A stretch of 64,000 bases of DNA. Source: Eledone cirrhosa. Taxonomy: Eukaryota. The notes under the pieces are model-generated. The model was not told the origin of the DNA. It was given only the letters and a program-made list of their open reading frames with translations, and made no database searches. A program made the translations under genes and the position numbers. Shown here piece by piece: positions 56,458-64,000 of this stretch. The DNA lies in the NCBI GenBank assembly GCA_964016885.1, contig OZ024747.1, forward strand, positions 5,270,001 to 5,334,000, written 5' to 3'. The number at the start of each line of letters is the position of its first letter. Position 1 is the first letter of the stretch.

Positions 56458-57189
56458 AAATATTGTACATCATCAATAGCATTATAAATGGTTATACAAG
56501 GATCATAGGTTCAGTAAGCCCAAGAGAGAAGTTGTACCTTCAGAAGACTACATCTCTAATTTAATATGTAACCCACTGAAGCCTAATTCAAAGGGACAGT
56601 CACGTCACACACAGTGTTTCTTTCTCTCAGTGAGAATTGCGTTAAAGTCCCACGTGTCTGTGAAATACTCAGCCATTTTCACCTTAATTCCACAAGCTGG
56701 CAATTCTGGTACACTCCTCGTCGACAGAGGTGCATTCCATTCCTCATATAAAAATAATCTTAAAATATGTATATGTATATGTACACGCAGACACGCATAC
56801 ATATGCATTCATACATACACATACACACTCGTATATACACACAAGACACACACACATACACACAAGCCCACCCACACTCATACACACATATAGATCCATA
56901 CACACAATATTCCGTTACTTATGTGTGTGTACATGTGTTCATGTATTTGTTAAGTTAACACCTGATGTGTTCACGTGTTTACGCTTATATATGCATATGT
57001 ATATATATATATATATATATATATGTAAATATGTGTGTATATATATGCGTGTGTGTGTGTGTGTTTGTGTGTGTGTATGCGAGTATGTGTGTGAGAGACA
57101 GTGTGTGTATGCATTTGTAGTACCATATGATACACACAAACACACATATATGTATACACACATATATATATATATATATTTGTAGATAG

Positions 57190-57239
<50 letters not shown>

Positions 57240-57517
57240 TTGTAGACACACACACACACATATATATTTATACACACACACTCTCTCTCTCACACACACA
57301 CTCACACACAAACGCACACACACACACTCTCTCTCTCTCTCTCACACACACACACTCACACACATACGCACACACACACACAAGTACAATGTTGCCTCTA
57401 CTTTAGCTACGCTTTTCCCTCCTCTTCTCCTTCGTCTCTTGTTTCCGGTTCCTCTTCTATCAATTCCCTCCAAATCAAACTACTATATAATTGCTATTAA
57501 TGTCTATTGAAAAATAT

Positions 57518-57554
<37 letters not shown>

Positions 57555-57772
57555 GTAGAAGAAGAAGAAGAAGAAGTAGAAGAAGAAGAAGAAGAAGAAG
57601 AAGAAGAAGAAAGCTACAAACATATTGCCTAATGCGAATATCGGAGGACTGCGGCCGGAAGCGGCAAAGGACGAGGCACGCCACTGCCGTTTCAGCAACA
57701 AAACTTCTGATTGGACAAATCTTCTTATGTTGTCCTTGTGCTGAATAAGCTAAATATGGTGGAACGTTAAAG

Positions 57773-60700
57773 TGGTGTGGTGTGGTGTTGGTGTGGTCTT
57801 GTTGGTGTGGTGTGGTGTTGGTGTAGTGTTGTTGGTGTGGTGTGGTGTTGGTGTAGTGTTGTTGGTGTGGTGTGGTGTTGTTAGTGTGGTATGGTGTGGT
57901 GTAGTGTGATGGGTTGTGGTGTGCTGTTGTTGGTGTGGTGTTGTTGGTGTGGTGTTGTTGGTGTAGTGTTGTTGGTGTAGTGTTGTTGATGTGGTGTTGG
58001 TGTGGTGTTGTTGGTATAGTGTTGTTGGTGTAGTGTTGTTGGTGTGGTGTTGTTGGTGTAGTGTTGTTGGTGTGGTGTTGGTGTAGTGTTGTTGGTGTAG
58101 TGTTGTTGGTGTGGTGTTGTTGGTGTAGTGTTGTTGATGTGGTGTTGGTGTAGTGTTGTTGGTGTAGTGTTGTTGGTGTAGTGTTGTTGGTGTAGTGTTG
58201 TTGGTGTGGTGTTGGTGTAGTGTTGTTGGTGTAGTGTTGTTGGTGTAGTGTTGTTGGTGTAGTGTTGTTGGTGTGGTGTTGTTGGTGTAGTGTTGTTGGT
58301 GTAGTGTTGTTGGTGTGGTGTTGTTGGTGTAGTGTTGTTGGTGTAGTGTTGTTGGTGTGGTGTTGTTGGTGTAGTGTTGTTGGTGTGGTGTTGTTGGTGT
58401 AGTGTTGTTGGTGTAGTGTTGTTGGTGTGGTGTTGTTGGTGTAGTGTTGTTGGTGTAGTGTTGTTGGTGTAGTGTTGTTGGTGTAGTGTTGTTGGTGTAG
58501 TGTTGTTGGTGTGGTGTTGTTGGTGTAGTGTTGTTGGTGTAGTGTTGTTGGTGTGGTGTTGTTGGTGTAGTGTTGTTGGTGTAGTGTTGTTGGTGTAGTG
58601 TTGTTGGTGTAGTGTTGTTGGTGTAGTGTTGTTGGTGTAGTGTTGTTGGTGTAGTGTTGTTGGTGTGGTGTTGTTGATGTGGTGTTGTTGGTGTAGTGTT
58701 GTTGGTGTAGTGTTGTTGGTGTAGTGTTGTTGGTGTGGTGTTGTTGGTGTGGTGTTGTTGGTGTAGTGTTGTTGGTGTAGTGTTGTTGGTGTGGTGTTGT
58801 TGGTGTAGTGTTGTTGGTGTAGTGTTGTTGGTGTAGTGTTGTTGGTGTAGTGTTGTTGGTGTAGTGTTGTTGGTGTGGTGTTGTTGGTGTAGTGTTGTTG
58901 GTGTAGTGTTGTTGGTGTGGTGTTGTTGGTGTAGTGTTGTTGGTGTAGTGTTGTTGGTGTAGTGTTGTTGGTGTAGTGTTGTTGGTGTAGTGTTGTTGGT
59001 GTGGTGTTGTTGGTGTAGTGTTGTTGGTGTGGTGTTGTTGGTGTAGTGTTGTTGGTGTAGTGTTGTTGGTGTAGTGTTGTTGGTGTAGTGTTGTTGGTGT
59101 GGTGTTGTTGGTGTAGTGTTGTTGGTGTGGTGTTGTTGGTGTAGTGTTGTTGGTGTAGTGTTGTTGGTGTAGTGTGTTGTTGGTGTGGTGTTGTTGGTGT
59201 AGTGTTGTTGGTGTAGTGTTGTTGGTGTAGTGTTGTTGGTGTAGTGTTGTTGGTGTAGTGTTGTTGGTGTGGTGTTGTTGGTGTAGTGTTGTTGGTGTAG
59301 TGTTGTTGGTGTAGTGTTGTTGGTGTAGTGTTGTTGGTGTAGTGTTGTTGGTGTGGTGTTGTTGGTGTAGTGTTGTTGGTGTAGTGTTGTTGGTGTGGTG
59401 TTGTTGGTGTAGTGTTGTTGGTGTAGTGTTGTTGGTGTAGTGTTGTTGGTGTAGTGTTGTTGGTGTAGTGTTGTTGGTGTGGTGTTGTTGGTGTAGTGTT
59501 GTTGGTGTAGTGTTGTTGGTGTGGTGTTGTTGGGTGTAGTGTTGTTGATGTGGTGTTGGTGTAGTGTTGTTGGTGTAGTGTTGTTGGTGTGGTGTTGTTG
59601 GTGTAGTGTTGTTGGTGTAGTGTTGTTGGTGTGGTGTTGTTGGTGTGGTGTTGTTGGTGTGGTGTTGTTGGTGTGGTGTTGTTGGTGTAGTGTTGTTGGT
59701 GTAGTGTTGTTGGTGTAGTGTTGTTGGTGTGGTGTTGTTGGTGTAGTGTTGTTGATGTGGTGTTGGTGTAGTGTTGTTGGTGTAGTGTTGTTGGTGTAGT
59801 GTTGTTGGTGTAGTGTTGTTGGTGTGGTGTTGGTGTAGTGTTGTTGGTGTAGTGTTGTTGGTGTAGTGTTGTTGGTGTAGTGTTGTTGGTGTGGTGTTGT
59901 TGGTGTAGTGTTGTTGGTGTAGTGTTGTTGGTGTGGTGTTGGTGTAGTGTTGTTGGTGTAGTGTTGTTGGTGTAGTGTTGTTGGTGTAAGTGTTGTTGTG
60001 TGGTGTTGTTGGTGTAGTGTTGTTGATGTGGTGTTGGTGTAGTGTTGTTGGTGTAGTGTTGTTGGTGTGGTGTTGTTGGTGTAGTGTTGTTGATGTGGTG
60101 TTGGTGTAGTGTTGTTGGTGTAGTGTTGTTGGTGTGGTGTTGTTGGTGTAGTGTTGTTGATGTGGTGTTGGTGTAGTGTTGTTGGTGTAGTGTTGTTGGT
60201 GTAGTGTTGTTGGTGTAGTGTTGTTGGTGTGGTGTTGTTGGTGTAGTGTTGTTGGTGTGGTGTTGGTGTAGTGTTGTTGGTGTAGTGTTGTTGGTGTAGT
60301 GTTGTTGGTGTAGTGTTGTTGGTGTGGTGTTGTTGGTGTAGTGTTGTTGGTGTAGTGTTGTTGGTGTGGTGTTGTTGGTGTAGTGTTGTTGATGTGGTGT
60401 TGGTGTAGTGTTGTTGGTGTAGTGTTGTTGGTGTAGTGTTGTTGGTGTGGTGTTGTTGGTGTAGTGTTGTTGGTGTGGTGTTGTTGGGTGTAGTGTTGTT
60501 GGTGTGGTGTTGTTGGTGTGTGTGTTGGTTGTGTGGTGTTGTTGGTGTGGTGTTGTTGGTGTAGTGTTGTTGGTGTAGTGTTGTTGGTGTAGTGTTGTTG
60601 GTGTGGTGTTGGTGTGGTGTTGTTGGTGTAGTGTTGTTGGTGTGGTGTTGGTGTGGTGTTGTTGGTGTGGTGTTGTTGGTGTGGTGTTGTTGGTGTAGTG

Positions 60701-63700
60701 TTGTTGGTGTAGTGTTGTTGGTGTGGTGTTGTTGGTGTGGTGTTGGTGTGGTGTTGTTGGTGTAGTGTTGTTGGTGTAGTGTTGTTGGTGTAGTGTTGTT
60801 GGTGTGGTGTTGTTGGTGTGGTGTTGGTGTGGTGTTGTTGGTGTAGTGTTGTTGGTGTAGTGTTGTTGGTGTAGTGTTGTTGGTGTAGTGTTGTTGGTGT
60901 AGTGTTGTTGGTGTAGTGTTGTTGGTGTGGTGTTGGTGTGGTGTTGTTGGTGTAGTGTTGTTGGTGTAGTGTTGTTGGTGTGGTGTTGGTGTGGTGTTGT
61001 TGGTGTAGTGTTGTTGGTGTAGTGTTGTTGGTGTGGTGTTGGTGTGGTGTTGTTGGTGTAGTGTTGTTGGTGTGGTGTTGGTGTGGTGTTGTTGGTGTGG
61101 TGTTGTTGGTGTGGTGTTGTTGGTGTAGTGTTGTTGGTGTAGTGTTGTTGGTGTGGTGTTGTTGGTGTGGTGTTGGTGTGGTGTTGTTGGTGTAGTGTTG
61201 TTGGTGTAGTGTTGTTGGTGTAGTGTTGTTGGTGTGGTGTTGTTGGTGTGGTGTTGGTGTGGTGTTGTTGGTGTAGTGTTGTTGGTGTAGTGTTGTTGGT
61301 GTAGTGTTGTTGGTGTAGTGTTGTTGGTGTAGTGTTGTTGGTGTAGTGTTGTTGGTGTGGTGTTGGTGTGGTGTTGTTGGTGTAGTGTTGTTGGTGTAGT
61401 GTTGTTGGTGTGGTGTTGGTGTGGTGTTGTTGGTGTAGTGTTGTTGGTGTAGTGTTGTTGGGTGGTGTTGTTGGTGTAGTGTTGTTGGTGTGGTGTTGGT
61501 GTGGTGTTGTTGGTGTAGTGTTGTTGGTGTAGTGTTGTTGGTGTAGTGTTGTTGGTGTAGTGTTGTTGGTGTGGTGTTGGTGTAGTGTTGTTGGTGTAGT
61601 GTTGTTGGTGTAGTGTTGTTGGTGTAGTGTTGTTGGTGTGGGTGTTGGTGTGGTGTTGGTGTGGTGTTGTTGGTGTAGTGTTGTTGGTGTAGTGTTGTTG
61701 GTGTAGTGTTGTTGGTGTGGTGTTGGTGTGGTGTTGTTGGTGTAGTGTTGTTGGTGTAGTGTTGTTGGTGTGGTGTTGTTGGTGTAGTGTTGTTGGTGTA
61801 GTGTTGTTGGTGTAGTGTTGTTGGTGTAGTGTTGTTGGTGTGGTGTTGGTGTGGTGTTGTTGGTGTAGTGTTGTTGGTGTAGTGTTGTTGGTGTAGTGTT
61901 GTTGGTGTGGTGTTGGTGTGGTGTTGTTGGTGTAGTGTTGTTGGTGTAGTGTTGTTGGTGTGGTGTTGGTGTGGTGTTGTTGGTGTAGTGTTGTTGGTGT
62001 AGTGTTGTTGGTGTGGGTGTTGTTGGTGTAGTGTTGTTGGTGTAGTGTTGTTGGTGTAGTGTTGTTGGTGTAGTGTTGTTGGTGTAGTGTTGTTGGTGTG
62101 GTGTTGGTGTGGTGTTGTTGGTGTAGTGTTGTTGGTGTAGTGTTGTTGGTGTAGTGTTGTTGGTGTAGTGTTGTTGGTGTAGTGTTGTTGGTGTGGTGTT
62201 GGTGTGGTGTTGTTGGTGTAGTGTTGTTGGTGTAGTGTTGTTGGTGTGGTGTTGGTGTGGTGTTGTTGGTGTAGTGTTGTTGGTGTAGTGTTGTTGGTGT
62301 AGTGTTGTTGGTGTGGTGTTGGTGTGGTGTTGTTGGTGTAGTGTTGTTGGTGTAGTGTTGTTGGTGTAGTGTTGTTGGTGTAGTGTTGTTGGTGTAGTGT
62401 TGTTGGTGTAGTGTTGTTGGTGTAGTGTTGTTGGTGTAGTGTTGTTGGTGTAGTGTTGTTGGTGTAGTGTTGTTGGTGTGGTGTTGGTGTGGTGTTGTTG
62501 GTGTAGTGTTGTTGGTGTAGTGTTGTTGGTGTAGTGTTGTTGGTGTGGTGTTGGTGTGGTGTTGTTGGTGTAGTGTTGTTGGTGTAGTGTTGTTGGTGTA
62601 GTGTTGTTGGTGTGGTGTTGGTGTGGTGTTGTTGGTGTAGTGTTGTTGGTGTAGTGTTGTTGGTGTAGTGTTGTTGGTGTAGTGTTGTTGGTGTAGTGTT
62701 GTTGGTGTAGTGTTGTTGGTGTAGTGTTGTTGGTGTAGTGTTGTTGGTGTAGTGTTGTTGGTGTAGTGTGTTGTTGGTGTGGTGTTGGTGTGGTGTTGTT
62801 GGTGTAGTGTTGTTGGTGTAGTGTTGTTGGTGTGGTGTTGGTGTGGTGTTGTTGGTGTAGTGTTGTTGGTGTAGTGTTGTTGGTGTGGTGTTGTTGGTGT
62901 AGTGTTGTTGGTGTGGTGTTGGTGTGGTGTTGTTGGTGTAGTGTTGTTGGTGTAGTGTTGTTGGTGTGGTGTGTTGGTGTGGTGTTGGTGTGGTGTTGTT
63001 GGTGTAGTGTTGTTGGTGTGGTGTTGTTGGTGTAGTGTTGTTGGTGTGGTGTTGGTGTGGTGTTGTTGGTGTAGTGTTGTTGGTGTAGTGTTGTTGGTGT
63101 GGTGTTGGTGTGGTGTTGTTGGTGTAGTGTTGTTGGTGTGGTGTTGTTGGTGTAGTGTTGTTGGTGTAGTGTTGTTGGTGTAGTGTTGTTGGTGTGGTGT
63201 TGGTGTGGTGTTGTTGGTGTAGTGTTGTTGGTGTAGTGTTGTTGGTGTGGTGTTGTTGGTGTAGTGTTGTTGGTGTGGTGTTGTTGGTGTAGTGTTGTTG
63301 GTGTAGTGTTGTTGGTGTAGTGTTGTTGGTGTAGTGTTGTTGGTGTAGTGTTGTTGGTGTGGTGTTGTTGGTGTAGTGTTGTTGGTGTAGTGTTGTTGGT
63401 GTGGTGTTGGTGTGGTGTTGTTGATGTGGTGTTGGTGTGGTGTTGTTGGTGTAGTGTTGTTGGTGTAGTGTTCTTGGTGTAGTGTTGTTGGTGTGGTGTT
63501 GGTGTGGTGTTGTTGGTGTAGTGTTGTTGGTGTAGTGTTGTTGGTGTGGTGTTGTTGGTGTAGTGTTGTTGGTGTAGTGTTGTTGGTGTAGTGTTGGTGT
63601 GGTGTTGTTGGTGTAGTGTTGTTGGTGTGGTGTTGTTGGTGTAGTGTTGTTGGTGTGGTGTTGTTGGTGTAGTGTTGTTGGTGTGGTGTTGTTGGTGTGG

Positions 63701-64000
63701 TGTTGTTGGTGTGGTGTTGTTGGTGTAGTGTTGTTGGTGTGGTGTTGTTGGTGTGGTGTTGGTGTGGTGTTGTTGGTGTGGTGTTGGTGTGGTGTTGTTG
63801 GTGTGGTGTTGTTGGTGTAGTGTTGTTGGTGTGGTGTTGGTGTGGTGTTGTTGGTGTAGTGTTGTTGGTGTGGTGTTGTTGGTGTAGTGTTGTTGGTGTG
63901 GTGTTGGTGTGGTGTTGTTGGTGTGGTGTTGGTGTGGTGTTGTTGGTGTGGTGTTGTTGGTGTAGTGTTGTTGGTGTGGTGTTGGTGTGGTGTTGTTGGT
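57773..64000 (+). repeat. GT-rich satellite of 14-bp (gtgtRgtgttgttg) and 11-bp (gtgtggtgttg) units
   Basis: More than 6.2 kb, running off the window end. The + strand is almost devoid of C. Confidence 0.95.

Overview
Eukaryotic, AT-rich, microsatellite-saturated intergenic or intronic DNA. The repeat families look like those of an octopod (coleoid cephalopod) genome; this is inference from the SINE and LINE types. No intact host protein-coding gene is supportable, and nearly all ORFs in the track are translations of simple repeats. Recognisable content: a decayed Penelope-like element (PLE) reverse-transcriptase ORF (35.36-36.99 kb, minus strand); 3' fragments of R4/Dong-, Tx1/L1-, RTE- and CR1-type LINEs; many tRNA-derived SINEs; several minisatellites; and a >6 kb GT-rich 14-bp satellite at the right end. 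The main hidden signal is about 20 loci carrying complete, half or decayed type-I hammerhead ribozyme (HHR) motifs from several unrelated sequence families. They sit in short elements, often fold-back (palindromic) and mostly embedded in or beside (TA)n tracts. Several families share a TYGAGTRC motif roughly 35-50 nt from the 3' junction, one family shows a compensatory stem-I change, and three loci share a CCGANGA core variant. Coordinates were read by eye and may be off by a few bases.
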